Shown here: positions 20,037 through 30,977 of the stretch, one piece after another
Numbering within the stretch: the first letter of the stretch is position 1
How the letters are laid out: each line of letters opens with the position of its first letter
Assembly (NCBI GenBank): GCA_046760505.1
Contig: JBHIEG010000008.1
Coordinates: 12,200-76,199 of the forward strand
DNA length: 64,000 nucleotides
Direction of reading: 5' to 3'
Origin: Candidatus Hydrothermarchaeota archaeon
GTDB lineage: Archaea; CAYFZR01
Notes under the pieces: model-generated
The model's database searches: none
Told to the model about the DNA's origin: nothing
What the model saw: the letters and a program-made list of their open reading frames with translations, nothing else
Program-made: the position numbers and the translations under genes

Positions 20037-21313
20037 ATTATCTCGATTTCCATGCCTATATATCTCATAGATTCTACAAAACTTGGGAAAGACACATTAA
20101 TCGATTCCGCCGTGTCTATAACGGTATGACCTTCCGCAACCAAACCTGCTATTGCCAAAGCCATCACTACTCTATGGTCATTGTATCCGTGTAATTCTCT
20201 ACCCTTCAACCTCGAATTCCTTACTATAAGACCATCCGGTCTCTCCTTTATATTTGCACCCATTTTGGATAATTCATTGGCCATGGCACTTATTCTATCA
20301 CTCTCTTTGTATCTTACGTGTTCAGCATTGTATATGGTCGTGGCACCCTTGGCATGGGTCCCGAGTACTGCAAGCGTTGGAACCAAATCCGGTATATACT
20401 TTGCATCAACCGTTAACCCTTTTAAATCTTGCCCTCCGATGACCCGAAATCCAGTTTTAAAGGACTTTATACTAGCACCCATCTCTCTTAGAATTTCAAC
20501 AATTCTATAATCGCCCTGTACGGTGTTTTCAGATAGATTATCTATATAGACATCCGAGTCAATCATAGAGGATGCAGCGAATATATATGAAGAGGATGAA
20601 TAATCTCCCGGTATCCTGTATTTAACGGGTTTAATGGTTTGTTTCCTTATCTCAAACCTATTTTTTTTATATTCTATTTTCACACCCGCTTCTTTCAGTA
20701 TTTCTAAGGTAATCATGACATACGGTAGGGATTTCAATTCTGTAGTTAATTCAATTATGAGTCCATTTTCCAAGAGAGGTCCAAGGAGCAAGAGACCTGA
20801 TATGAACTGCGAGCTAATATCCCCTCGTATCCTAACATAATTATTCTCAATTTTTCCTCCCTCAATCTTAAGGGGAGCGCATCCATCTCCCTTGAGCGAA
20901 GTGGCCTTGACTCCCAATTGATTTAGTGCATCCAATAATGGTTGATTCGGTCTCCTTCTCACCGATTCATCCCCTGTTAATCTTGCCTTTGTGAGACTCG
21001 AGATAGCGGTTATTAATCTGAGAGTGGTACCCGAATTTGATACATCTATAATCTTAGCTGGCTCTATCAAGTTTCCTCCAGTGCCCTCTATCACATATGT
21101 ATCATTTTCTTCATGAATTTTAGCACCGAGCAATTTGCACGCGTTTATTGTTGCCTTCGTGTCCTCTGAAATGAGAGGAGATTTTATTACCGATGTTCCT
21201 TCTGCTAGTAAGCCAACTATGAACGCTCTGTGAGTGTAACTCTTCGATGGTGGCGCCTCAACTTTTCCGCTCAAGTATTCTGCTGGCCAGCACCTCAATC
21301 TCATTTTCATCAC
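20033..21313 (-). CDS. aroA: 3-phosphoshikimate 1-carboxyvinyltransferase
   Basis: [40 protein letters not shown]. Confidence 0.96.
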   Translation of the reverse strand: MMKMRLRCWPAEYLSGKVEAPPSKSYTHRAFIVGLLAEGTSVIKSPLISEDTKATINACKLLGAKIHEENDTYVIEGTGGNLIEPAKIIDVSNSGTTLRLITAISSLTKARLTGDESVRRRPNQPLLDALNQLGVKATSLKGDGCAPLKIEGGKIENNYVRIRGDISSQFISGLLLLGPLLENGLIIELTTELKSLPYVMITLEILKEAGVKIEYKKNRFEIRKQTIKPVKYRIPGDYSSSSYIFAASSMIDSDVYIDNLSENTVQGDYRIVEILREMGASIKSFKTGFRVIGGQDLKGLTVDAKYIPDLVPTLAVLGTHAKGATTIYNAEHVRYKESDRISAMANELSKMGANIKERPDGLIVRNSRLKGRELHGYNDHRVVMALAIAGLVAEGHTVIDTAESINVSFPSFVESMRYIGMEIEII

Positions 21314-21349
21314 TTTTTTGCATTAAAGAATATATCTATACACTAGTGC

Positions 21350-21363
21350 ATAAAGTTTATATA
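21350..21363 (+). promoter_or_regulatory. Candidate BRE/TATA promoter for trpD-F-E
   Basis: ATAAAG-TTTATATA about 32 nt upstream of trpD ATG in the aroA/trpD divergent gap. Confidence 0.5.
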
Positions 21364-21395
21364 TTCCAGCATTATTATGTCCAAAGGGTGGTTGA

Positions 21396-22445
21396 ATGTT
21401 TGATTCATACTTAAATAAGGTTATTTCGATGGTAAATCTTACACGGCAAGAATCTTATGAAGCAATGAAACATATACTTGATGGCTACATAAGTGATGTA
21501 AGAATAGCATCTTTTTTGACTGCCCTCAATATGAAAGAAGAGAGTGTCGATGAAATAGTTGGATTTGCATCATGTATGAGAGATCACGCAATTAGAATTA
21601 ACCCTAAAGTCGATTTACTTGTAGATACGTGCGGTACGGGTGGAGATAGGGTTAAAACAATTAATGTAAGTACAGCAGCAGCTGTAATACTATCTTCTTG
21701 CGGCGTCTCGGTCGCGAAGCATGGAAATAGAGCGGTAACAAGTAAGGCAGGAAGTGCCGATGTCCTAGAGGCTCTAGGCTTAAATTTAAATCAAGATTAT
21801 GCTCAAATAGAGAAATCAATCGAAAAAATTGGAATAGGCTTTATGTTTGCTCCTCATTTTCATCCTTCAATGAAAAGGGTCGCAAGTATAAGAAAGGAAC
21901 TGAGAATAAAAACCGTTTTTAACATCCTGGGACCGCTCACAAATCCTGCGAATGCAAACATACAACTGCTAGGTGTTTATTCTGAAGATTTAGTCCATAA
22001 AATGGCCAACGTTCTTTCCTTTTTGGGATGTGAGAGGGGGCTGGTAGTTCATGGTACTTCCGGGCTAGATGAGATTTCCAATGTGGGAGAAACCGTTATC
22101 TGTGAAATAAACAACGGTAAACTCGATTCTTATAAGATTACGCCTGAGGAGTTTGGTATCAAAGAGGCAAGGTTATCCGATATAGTCGGTGGCAATTCTC
22201 TGGATAATGCAAAATTCATGGTCGATCTCCTCAGAGGATTGAAGAAGGATCCAAGAAAGGATATCATACTCATGAATGCTTCCGGAGCTTTATATGCGGC
22301 TAGAATTGCTAAGGATTTCAAAGAGGGGATTGAAATCGCGAACCAAGCGATTGAAGATGGCTCAGCATTAAAAAAATTAATGAAATTAATTGAGTTTTCC
22401 GGTGGAGATTTGAATAGATTAAAGATCTTTGGGGTGGATATTTGA
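21396..22445 (+). CDS. trpD: Anthranilate phosphoribosyltransferase
   Basis: DTCGTGGD, KHGNRAVTSKAGSAD, FNILGPLTNP, GLDEIS. Confidence 0.97.
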   Translation: MFDSYLNKVISMVNLTRQESYEAMKHILDGYISDVRIASFLTALNMKEESVDEIVGFASCMRDHAIRINPKVDLLVDTCGTGGDRVKTINVSTAAAVILSSCGVSVAKHGNRAVTSKAGSADVLEALGLNLNQDYAQIEKSIEKIGIGFMFAPHFHPSMKRVASIRKELRIKTVFNILGPLTNPANANIQLLGVYSEDLVHKMANVLSFLGCERGLVVHGTSGLDEISNVGETVICEINNGKLDSYKITPEEFGIKEARLSDIVGGNSLDNAKFMVDLLRGLKKDPRKDIILMNASGALYAARIAKDFKEGIEIANQAIEDGSALKKLMKLIEFSGGDLNRLKIFGVDI

Positions 22446-23089
22446 TAGTCAAGATATGCGGAATAACAAACGAAGAGGACGCTGTTTTAGCAGAAGAACT
22501 TGGAGGCGATATAATAGGATTCATAGCGCACGCAAAATCTAAGAGATTAATCGATATCGAAAAAATAGGCGAGATAACAGATGTTCTATCCTCAAAAACT
22601 GCTTTGGTCATGGAAAACCCGAATGAAGAAATTCTGGACAAAGCAGCTAACATAAACGCTGATTTTATTCAGTTACATGGCAATGAAAGCCCTGAATTAT
22701 GCCATAAGTTAAAAGAGATGGGATTTGAGACAATAAAAACCGTCCACGTTCCGGTCAAGGCAACCGATATTAACGGTATGTTGATATATTGTTCTCTGTA
22801 CGAATGTTCATTTTTACTGCTAGACACCAAAATTGGAAGAATTTCAGGCGGAACAGGAATTAGACACGACTGGAATCTAAGCAAAAAAATCATAGAAGAA
22901 GTCAAGAAGCCAGTTTTTCTCTCAGGAGGATTAAACCCTGAAAACGTAAAGAAAGCAATCCAAATAACAAAACCCTACGGAGTAGATGTTTCCAGTGGTG
23001 TCGAGTCTGAAATCGGAAGAAAAGACCCTAACCTGCTATATGAATTCATAAAAAACTCAAAGGAAGGTTTTTATGGAATTAAATCATAG
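22442..23089 (+). CDS. trpF: Phosphoribosylanthranilate isomerase
   Basis: VKICGIT, QLHGNE, GGTG, LSGGLNPENV, DVSSGVE. Confidence 0.96.
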   Translation: MIVKICGITNEEDAVLAEELGGDIIGFIAHAKSKRLIDIEKIGEITDVLSSKTALVMENPNEEILDKAANINADFIQLHGNESPELCHKLKEMGFETIKTVHVPVKATDINGMLIYCSLYECSFLLLDTKIGRISGGTGIRHDWNLSKKIIEEVKKPVFLSGGLNPENVKKAIQITKPYGVDVSSGVESEIGRKDPNLLYEFIKNSKEGFYGIKS

Positions 23090-24560
23090 ATCTTTAAGAT
23101 ACAGATCATATGACACAGAAATATCTCCAGTAGACATGTACTTTGCTCTTGATTCAAATAAAAAAACCAACTATTCCTATCTCCTAGAATCGGTTGAAGG
23201 AGAGGAAAGACTGGCAAGATTTTCATTTTTTGGAATCGATCCATCATTCTTTCTGCGAATAGAAGAAAATAAATTATATATAGAACTCTACGATGATGAA
23301 TACATAGATTTTCTGAACGAAGGGATGAAAAAAGTCTGTGATGATTATCAGCAGGAGGATAACAAATTTTTTGGAAAAATAAAGCAAGATTTCGATGTGC
23401 TTGATACCCTTAGATGTTTCAACCTACGTTTGAGTATAAAAAATCCATTTAATAGACAGTCTTTTTTGGGAGGATTGGTTGGATATGTTTCCTATGACAT
23501 AGTAAGAAGATGGGTTGAGTTTAGATCGAGAAAATCCCCACAGCCAGATGCGGAATTCCTTTTCATGGATAATTCGTTCGTCTTCGATCATTCGAAGAGA
23601 AAACTATACTTCTTTACCTTGAAAGATAATTTTTCCGAAGTTGAAAAAATTTTGAAAGAGGCAAAGCCACTGAATAAAATAAAAATTCCTGAAAGATATG
23701 AGAGCAAACCCTACAAAGAAAACATGTCAAAATCGGAGTTTATAGAAACAGTAGAACGTGCAAAGGAGTATATTTACTCGGGCGATATATTTCAGGTTGT
23801 TCTGGCGAGAAAAATATGGATGAAAACAAAAGCAGACCCTTTTTTGGTTTATAGAGTGCTTAGGGAAATAAATCCTTCGCCCTACATGTACTTCATGAAA
23901 CTAAACGATCTATCGATCATAGGATCGAGTCCTGAAACCTTGGTCACCATGTATCAGAATAGAATTACCACGAATCCGATTGCTGGGACAAGACCAAGAG
24001 GGAAAAATGAAGAAGAAGATAGAAAAAACCAAGAGGAAATGTTAAATGACCCTAAAGAACTGGCAGAGCATGTTATGCTCGTGGATTTAGGAAGAAACGA
24101 TATAGGAAAAGTTTCTAAGCCTGGAACAGTAAGATTAAAGGAATACATGAACGTCTCAAAGTACAGTCACGTTATGCACATCGTTTCTCTTGTTGAAGGA
24201 GAAATGAAGAATGATTCCGACATTTACCTTGGATTCAAGGCAGTTTTCCCAGCGGGCACCGTTTCTGGTGCTCCAAAAATCAGGGCGATGGAGATAATCG
24301 ACGAGTGTGAATATGAGAGAAGAGGGATATATGCCGGAGCATTGGGGTACTTCGCCTTCGATAACAGCGCTGATTTTGCCATAGTTATCAGAACAATAAC
24401 GATGGAAAAAAACGTTGCCAGTGTTTACGCTGGTGCAGGCATTGTAGCGGATTCTATTCCTGAGAACGAATGGTATGAAACTGAAAATAAGGCACTTGCT
24501 TTATTAAGATCTGTTGAAATAGCAGAGAGTTTAGAAAAAGAAAAATTAGTTGGACTTTAA
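23073..24560 (+). CDS. trpE: Anthranilate synthase component I
   Basis: [51 protein letters not shown]. Confidence 0.96.
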   Translation: MELNHRSLRYRSYDTEISPVDMYFALDSNKKTNYSYLLESVEGEERLARFSFFGIDPSFFLRIEENKLYIELYDDEYIDFLNEGMKKVCDDYQQEDNKFFGKIKQDFDVLDTLRCFNLRLSIKNPFNRQSFLGGLVGYVSYDIVRRWVEFRSRKSPQPDAEFLFMDNSFVFDHSKRKLYFFTLKDNFSEVEKILKEAKPLNKIKIPERYESKPYKENMSKSEFIETVERAKEYIYSGDIFQVVLARKIWMKTKADPFLVYRVLREINPSPYMYFMKLNDLSIIGSSPETLVTMYQNRITTNPIAGTRPRGKNEEEDRKNQEEMLNDPKELAEHVMLVDLGRNDIGKVSKPGTVRLKEYMNVSKYSHVMHIVSLVEGEMKNDSDIYLGFKAVFPAGTVSGAPKIRAMEIIDECEYERRGIYAGALGYFAFDNSADFAIVIRTITMEKNVASVYAGAGIVADSIPENEWYETENKALALLRSVEIAESLEKEKLVGL

Positions 24561-25676
24561 CTTTAGAATTTCGTAATTTCTTATCCCGGCGTCAGCGATT
24601 TTCTTTTCTAGCGGCAGTTTTTCATCATCCCTGTACAATCCGTAGTTCTTCAAAGAATGTCCAACATGAGGCGAGATGGCATAAATCAAATCCCTTATCC
24701 TATTCTTCTTATCAGACTCCAATTCAATTTCTATTCCGTTATCCAAATCCTGAATCAACAGTCTTACCAGATCATCATCTTCTTTTGGCTTTACGTCTTC
24801 CACGATTTCCAATTTCTCCAGTTTTCCCATCCATATGTAACTCAATTCTATGCTTACTTTCTCGAGATTATCTTGTGTATCTAGTTTTGCGTGGATTACT
24901 TGAGTCTCATTTGGATCAATTTTCTTGATTTCCCATTTCTGGTGATGAGTTTGAAAATCATTCATGGATGGAAGGTCTATTTTTATTTTTACATTTTCTG
25001 CATGGATTTTACCCATATTGGATATTCTTAACTCCAGTGATAAGAAAGATTTCTCGACATAGGGATATCTCTTGCAGGTGAGAACTAAATTTGGACGCCA
25101 TTTCTCAAGCATACTTATCTTACGTTGCCTTATCTCATGACAGAGGTCTCTTACCTTATCACTCCTTAACGCGACAAAGTAAAAGGCATAAGGTATCCAA
25201 TGATTTTTGATCGCGCAATCCAAAACGAGTTTTCTCTCTTGAGCCCAACCTTCAATAACTGATTCATAAGGTATTGAAATCAGGAGATCATCTGCCTTGA
25301 ATAATAAATGATCTTCTTCCAGTTGGAAATATCCTTTCTTCTTTCCTATCCCTGTTAACAGGTATGCCTGATTTTTGTTGGATTTACCATTAAAATTTCG
25401 AAGAAATTTACGCTTTGCCTCATAGATTACATCACCAACCAGATATGGATCCTCATCTAAGATTAAATAATTGTAAACGATTAACTGGTTGTCTCTAATT
25501 GCAGAGATAGCTATTTCATCATTATTACATCTCACAGAGAGAACTTTGTCATAGTTTATGTGATGGGATGTTAAATGTGAATCAAATAAAATACTATCTC
25601 TCATTAGTTCTAGAATGCCGTCTACATAGTTTAAACCTGAATTGAATCTTACATTATACTTCCCATAAGAAATCAT
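24546..25676 (-). CDS. Hypothetical multidomain protein (PH-like, CARDB/Ig-like, C-terminal ubiquitin-like beta-grasp)
   Basis: 376-aa ORF with AGGAG RBS; domain calls by visual pattern only. Confidence 0.6.
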   Translation of the reverse strand: MISYGKYNVRFNSGLNYVDGILELMRDSILFDSHLTSHHINYDKVLSVRCNNDEIAISAIRDNQLIVYNYLILDEDPYLVGDVIYEAKRKFLRNFNGKSNKNQAYLLTGIGKKKGYFQLEEDHLLFKADDLLISIPYESVIEGWAQERKLVLDCAIKNHWIPYAFYFVALRSDKVRDLCHEIRQRKISMLEKWRPNLVLTCKRYPYVEKSFLSLELRISNMGKIHAENVKIKIDLPSMNDFQTHHQKWEIKKIDPNETQVIHAKLDTQDNLEKVSIELSYIWMGKLEKLEIVEDVKPKEDDDLVRLLIQDLDNGIEIELESDKKNRIRDLIYAISPHVGHSLKNYGLYRDDEKLPLEKKIADAGIRNYEILKLKSN

Positions 25677-25921
25677 CGTTTTCTCCTACTTAAGAGTAGT
25701 AAATACAAATATAAAAGATTTTTTAAGACATATGTCAGACTACAATCGATATAAAGAAAAATAAGGAACTATTCCCGGGCAAATTTCAAAAAAATCGAAT
25801 TATTCTCATTTTCGACATCTCATACATTTTGCATCACTCTGCGTAAAGTATTTATAATTGTAAAATTCTCTTTGTGGAATTATAGGCATTAGTGACTAAA
25901 AATATACATCAAAGTGATAAC

Positions 25922-26488
25922 ATGCGCATACTGGTAATAGACAACAAGGACAGTTTTGTATATAACCTCGTAGATTACGTCTCTAGTCTAGGCACCCAAG
26001 TTAAGGTAATAGGTAACAAGTTCGACCTTAAGGTAATCGAAGAATTTCGCCCTGATGGAATAGTGATCTCTCCCGGACCAGGTACTCCAGAGGAAACTGG
26101 TAATGTCATTCCTGCTATTAAGAAATATCCCCACATACCTACGCTTGGCGTTTGCTTAGGCCATCAGGCGATAGCGTTAGCTTTTGGAGGGAAAGTAACT
26201 AGGGGAGAAAAACCTGTTCATGGAAAGGCTTCCTTAATCTACCATGATAGAAAAACGATATACAAGGGTCTCCCAAGTCCTTTTCTCGCGGGCAGATATC
26301 ATTCATTGGTTGCTAAAGAACCCATCCCGAAATGTTTGGAAATTTCCGCCTACACAGAAGATTCAGTTATAATGGGTCTAAGGCACAAGGAGTACCCAAT
26401 CGAAGGTGTCCAATTTCATCCTGAGAGCGTTCTTACTCCTCTAGGAAAAAAAATAATTCAAAACTTCTTGGATGCAGTTAAATGTTGA
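25922..26488 (+). CDS. trpG: Anthranilate synthase component II (glutamine amidotransferase)
   Basis: IDNKDSFVYNL, SPGPG, GVCLGHQ, RYHSL, QFHPES. Confidence 0.96.
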   Translation: MRILVIDNKDSFVYNLVDYVSSLGTQVKVIGNKFDLKVIEEFRPDGIVISPGPGTPEETGNVIPAIKKYPHIPTLGVCLGHQAIALAFGGKVTRGEKPVHGKASLIYHDRKTIYKGLPSPFLAGRYHSLVAKEPIPKCLEISAYTEDSVIMGLRHKEYPIEGVQFHPESVLTPLGKKIIQNFLDAVKC

Positions 26489-27204
26489 TGGAAATAATTA
26501 AGAAAAATTACGAAAGGGAAATAATTGAAAGGGAAATACCCGATAGACCGATGAGAAGTCTTAGAAAATCTATAAAAAAAACCAAACCAGTTAAGAAACC
26601 AATTATAGCTGAAATCAAGCCGAAAGGGCCCGACGAAAAAAAATCCAGAAAAATAGATGTGGAAAAAACCGCTAAAATGTTTGAGAAATATGCGGCAGGT
26701 ATATCTGTACTTACAGAGCCTTTCTTTTTCGATGGAAATATATTTTATTTAAAAGTGGTACATGACACGGTGAGGCTACCTGTGTTAAGGAAAGATTTCA
26801 TACTTCGTAAAGACCAAATAAGGGAATCAGCATCCCTCTATGCTGATGCCGTTTTATTAATCACCTCCTGCTTAAAAGAAGAATTGGGTAAAATGCTTGA
26901 TGAATGCGATAAATATGGGCTAGAGGCTTTGGTAGAAGTAAAAAATGAAGAAGAAATAGAATTAGCATTGAATTTTGGCTCTAAGATTATCGGAATCAAC
27001 AACCGTGATTTAAACACGCTGGAAATAGATAAAACAAAAACAATTAGGCTGGCAGGTTTGATTCCAAATAATATTACAAAAATAGGGATGAGCGGATATT
27101 CCAATAAAAAAGAAGTCAATGAAGCCTTAAAACACGTTGATGCCCTGCTAATCGGAAAGAGCATAATGGATAATCCCGATAAATTAAGGGAATTAGTAAG
27201 CTAA
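26482..27204 (+). CDS. trpC: Indole-3-glycerol phosphate synthase
   Basis: IIAEIK, ISVLTE, LRKDFI, LVEV, GINNRDL. Confidence 0.92.
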   Translation: MLMEIIKKNYEREIIEREIPDRPMRSLRKSIKKTKPVKKPIIAEIKPKGPDEKKSRKIDVEKTAKMFEKYAAGISVLTEPFFFDGNIFYLKVVHDTVRLPVLRKDFILRKDQIRESASLYADAVLLITSCLKEELGKMLDECDKYGLEALVEVKNEEEIELALNFGSKIIGINNRDLNTLEIDKTKTIRLAGLIPNNITKIGMSGYSNKKEVNEALKHVDALLIGKSIMDNPDKLRELVS

Positions 27205-27235
27205 AGGGAGCTGGTAAGTTAAGGGAGTTGATCCA

Positions 27236-28423
27236 ATGATATTACCTAACGAAAAAGGAAAATATGGCGAGTTCGGGGGGAGATTTGTCCCAGAGATTCT
27301 TATGCCAGCACTTGAAGAACTCGAGGATGCTTTTAAAAAGTGTATGAATGATGAGGAGTTTTTGAGAAAATTAGAATACTATAACAGAGAATTTGGCGGA
27401 AGACCCACACCACTGTACTTCGCTGAGAATTTAACAAGAGAGGCAGGGGGAGCAAAGATATACTTGAAGAGAGAAGATCTGGTTCACGGGGGAGCCCATA
27501 AATTAAACAATACTCTGGGCCAGGCTTTACTTGCAAAATACATGGGCAAATCCAGGATAATCGCTGAGACAGGGGCCGGACAACATGGTATTGCAACCGC
27601 AATGGCATCTACCGCGTTAGGAATAAAATCTGAAATTTATATGGGCGAAGAGGACATGGAAAGGCAGAAACTTAACGTATTCAGAATGCAACTGATAGGG
27701 GCCAAGGTTCATGCTGTTAAAAGCGGGTCAAAAACCTTGAAAGATGCTATAAACGAGGCGATAAGGGATTGGGTAACCAACGTTGAGACTACCTACTATA
27801 TGATTGGCTCCGTGGTCGGTCCTCATCCTTATCCGATGATAGTAAGAGAATTTCAAAGAGCCATCGGAAGGGAAACCAAGGAACAAATTCTGAAAAAAGA
27901 AGGGAGAATGCCGGATGTGATAGTCGCCTGTGTTGGAGGAGGAAGCAATGCAATGGGAATTTTTTACGATTTCACCGAGGAAAACACCAGATTGATCGGT
28001 GTGGAAGCAGGTGGTCTGGGAATAAAAACAGGGAAACATTCCGCCAGCCTGTGCGCTGGAGAATACGGTGAACTTCACGGAGCCCTAACCTATATCCTTC
28101 AGGATGAATACGGGCAGATCCAGATCTCCCACAGCATATCCGCAGGCCTAGACTATCCAGGCGTGGGTCCGGAGCTTTCATATTTGAAGGATATTAAGCG
28201 GGTAGAGACAGTAAATGTACTGGACAACGAAGCACTGAAGGGTTTTCAGCTTTTGTGTAAGACTGAGGGAATATTACCCGCATTAGAACCTGCTCATGCC
28301 ATATACTATGCGTTTAATCTTGCCAAAAATATGGATGAAGACGAAATAATCGTTGTTAACTTATCAGGAAGGGGAGACAAAGATGTGGACACAGTAGCCC
28401 ATGCCTTGGGGGTCTCACTATGA
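27236..28423 (+). CDS. trpB: Tryptophan synthase beta chain (TrpB1)
   Basis: [46 protein letters not shown]. Confidence 0.98.
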   Translation: MILPNEKGKYGEFGGRFVPEILMPALEELEDAFKKCMNDEEFLRKLEYYNREFGGRPTPLYFAENLTREAGGAKIYLKREDLVHGGAHKLNNTLGQALLAKYMGKSRIIAETGAGQHGIATAMASTALGIKSEIYMGEEDMERQKLNVFRMQLIGAKVHAVKSGSKTLKDAINEAIRDWVTNVETTYYMIGSVVGPHPYPMIVREFQRAIGRETKEQILKKEGRMPDVIVACVGGGSNAMGIFYDFTEENTRLIGVEAGGLGIKTGKHSASLCAGEYGELHGALTYILQDEYGQIQISHSISAGLDYPGVGPELSYLKDIKRVETVNVLDNEALKGFQLLCKTEGILPALEPAHAIYYAFNLAKNMDEDEIIVVNLSGRGDKDVDTVAHALGVSL

Positions 28424-29220
28424 AGGTCTTTGAGGAACTGAAAGAAAGACATGAGGGCGGACTAATAGGCTTCATCACCCTCGGAGACCCGCATCCATCC
28501 ATGACTCTAGATATAGTTAATTCTTTGAATGTAGATCTGATTGAACTGGGAATCCCATTTTCTGATCCAATTGCAGATGGTCCAACCATACAGAAGTCCT
28601 CGCAACGAGCACTAAATGCTTATATGAATCCTGATATGGCTTTTGAGATTGCTGAGGAAATAGAATTGACAAAAGTATTTCTGACGTACTACAACATAAT
28701 TTTAAGGCGTGGAATAGAGAAATTTTTCTCTGATTGCGCAAGAGTCAATGTTGATGGAGTTATAATCCCCAACCTACCCATAGAGGAATCTTACGATGTT
28801 CTCAAATATTCAAAAGAATACGATGTAGACCTGATATACTTGGTGGCGCCAACGACAACAAAAGAACGCTTAAAAAAGATCTTAAAGGAGGCAAGAGGGT
28901 TCTTATACCTAGTATCGAGATTTGGCGTGACAGGAGAAAGAGAGGAACTTTCCGATATAACAAGAAATCTCATACATCGGATAAGTGATTCTACTAGGGA
29001 GAATATTCCCCTAGCGGTCGGATTTGGAATATCTAAGCCTCAACACGTTTATGAAGTTATCAAAAGCGGAGCCGATGCCGCCATAGTGGGAAGCGCATTC
29101 GTTAGCGTAATAGAGAGGAATCTGAATGACAAGGAAAATATGCTTGAAGAACTTTCGAACTTGTCAAAATCTTTAAAAGAGGCTGCCGTAAAAGGATACA
29201 GGGATAGAAATAAAAAGTAA
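28420..29220 (+). CDS. trpA: Tryptophan synthase alpha chain
   Basis: [31 protein letters not shown]. Confidence 0.97.
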   Translation: MKVFEELKERHEGGLIGFITLGDPHPSMTLDIVNSLNVDLIELGIPFSDPIADGPTIQKSSQRALNAYMNPDMAFEIAEEIELTKVFLTYYNIILRRGIEKFFSDCARVNVDGVIIPNLPIEESYDVLKYSKEYDVDLIYLVAPTTTKERLKKILKEARGFLYLVSRFGVTGEREELSDITRNLIHRISDSTRENIPLAVGFGISKPQHVYEVIKSGADAAIVGSAFVSVIERNLNDKENMLEELSNLSKSLKEAAVKGYRDRNKK

Positions 29221-29233
29221 TGCTGAAAAAAGA

Positions 29234-29833
29234 CTAGCATTTTTCTCCTATTTTTCTTCCGTATTCGATTCCTGCTTTGACTGTTTTGAACAATTTTTCC
29301 CCAAAATCTCCGTAGCTTTCCAATAGAACCTTACTGATTGTTTCTTCATTGATAGATGGGAGAGAAAGAGAAACAGCCATGCCGAACAAGAACATGTTTC
29401 GAACCTTCGGTATATCCTCAATGTCTTTCATTGCCTCGTTTGTATCCACAAGAACAAGTCTAATCTTTTTTTTCTTGGCCTCATCTTTCACATCATTGAG
29501 CCAGTACTTCGATATTGGCGATGATGTATCTATAATTGCACAGCCACCCTCCGTCATCTCCTGAATGGAGTAGGCAGGTCTCCCGACGGGATCAATCATT
29601 ATCAGGGTTTCTGCACCCTCGGTTCTTTCAGTTGTGGCAATGGAAAACTTTTCCTCTCCAGTACCAAGAAACGGGGGAATCAACAATTTTCTCCCTACGG
29701 CTCCACCAGATTGAGGTTGAATTCTTCCAACAAGTTCATATCCTTCTTCTGCCATGACTTTAGCCATTATTTGAGTTATGTGAGTAAAACCACTTCCTTT
29801 GCTTCCAATTACAACTATATCTTTCCTTGACAT
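29234..29833 (-). CDS. 2-oxoacid:acceptor oxidoreductase gamma-type (IorB/PorG-like) subunit, divergent
   Basis: DIVVIGSKGSG, QSGGAV, NMFLFG, A..G at C-terminus; operon context. Confidence 0.65.
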   Translation of the reverse strand: MSRKDIVVIGSKGSGFTHITQIMAKVMAEEGYELVGRIQPQSGGAVGRKLLIPPFLGTGEEKFSIATTERTEGAETLIMIDPVGRPAYSIQEMTEGGCAIIDTSSPISKYWLNDVKDEAKKKKIRLVLVDTNEAMKDIEDIPKVRNMFLFGMAVSLSLPSINEETISKVLLESYGDFGEKLFKTVKAGIEYGRKIGEKC

Positions 29834-29837
29834 ACCA

Positions 29838-30977
29838 TCACTTCCTCAGCACCGTTGGTAAAGCAGTCTCCACAATTTCAGGCAGTGTGATAACATCCAT
29901 TTCAACTTGAGCCTCTTTCACTCCATCTCTTAGATTCTTTTTGCAGAGTGGACAGGTGGTAACTATTGTAGTGGCATCAGTCTTCTTTGCCTGCATCACC
30001 CTAAGCCATGCAAGCCCCTTCATAGCCTCTCTCCGATGCAGTCTTAGAGATCCACCACAGCACCTTGTAAACCTCCCTTTTCTCAGCATTTCTTTCAGTC
30101 TCAATTTAGGTATTTTCCTAAGTACTTTCCTTGGTTCTTCAATTACCTTTAAAGGTCCGGTGACCAAGTGGCAGGAGTCATGATAAGTTACAAGCCTATC
30201 CACGGGATTCTTAAACTCGAATACATTTTCCTCTAGGGCTCTAGCCATGATCTCAGAGTAGTGGAAGACCTCATAACTGGCGTCTCCTACTATGTACCCG
30301 TAGTCATGATCGAGGACCAAGTAACAGGTGGGACATAGAGTAACCACGAAATCAGGCTCATACTTCTCAAGATTTTCCACATTCTTTTTTGCCATTTCAT
30401 CCACATCATTGTCGTGCACCCCGGCTCTTATCAAGATGGAGGTGCAACATGCTTCATCTTTAAATGCTTCCACATCCAAACCTATCATTTTCATTGTCTT
30501 GAGAGCAGCGATAGAAGAGTCAATGTCTTCGTAACTCATTACACAACCAGTAAATAGTAATCCCTTTCCGAAAAGATCTTTGCATGCAGAAGTAGATTCC
30601 AAGTCTACTTTTACCTTTTTTACCCAGTCCAGTCTCTTCTCCCTGTCGAAACCATATTTCTTCGGGTACGGATTTCCTCTTTCCATGAGATCATTCTTTA
30701 TTTCCAGGAGTCTTGGAATCGGTTTGTAAGTTCTTACGTCTTCAATCAGAGGAAATCCCGCGATTGCATAGGGGCATGAAACTTCACACGAATTGCAGTT
30801 CATGCAGTAGGTTATCACTTCGTTCGCCTTCTCGTATTCGCCTATTCGCATATAGGTGTGCATGAGTCTCTTTGGTATGTCCACTGGACAGCGAACCTGG
30901 CACATGGTGCATCCCACGCACTTTTTATGATATTCCATGATCTGCTCTGGAGTAAGGATTCTGCCTATGATGCTCAT
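29838..30977 (-). CDS. Fe-S oxidoreductase with 2x[4Fe-4S] and two CCG domains (HdrD/GlpC-like)
   Basis: CVGCTMC..RCP, CMNCNSC..SCP; TGC..CCT..CPTC; HDSCH..CCGG..CPLC. Confidence 0.88.
   Translation of the reverse strand: MSIIGRILTPEQIMEYHKKCVGCTMCQVRCPVDIPKRLMHTYMRIGEYEKANEVITYCMNCNSCEVSCPYAIAGFPLIEDVRTYKPIPRLLEIKNDLMERGNPYPKKYGFDREKRLDWVKKVKVDLESTSACKDLFGKGLLFTGCVMSYEDIDSSIAALKTMKMIGLDVEAFKDEACCTSILIRAGVHDNDVDEMAKKNVENLEKYEPDFVVTLCPTCYLVLDHDYGYIVGDASYEVFHYSEIMARALEENVFEFKNPVDRLVTYHDSCHLVTGPLKVIEEPRKVLRKIPKLRLKEMLRKGRFTRCCGGSLRLHRREAMKGLAWLRVMQAKKTDATTIVTTCPLCKKNLRDGVKEAQVEMDVITLPEIVETALPTVLRK

Noticed and set aside
18437-21395. TPP riboswitch upstream of thiC or a trp leader-peptide attenuator
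   Set aside because: thiC lies 2 nt from the upstream gene, and the 82-bp aroA/trpD gap has no Trp-codon leader or GC-rich hairpin
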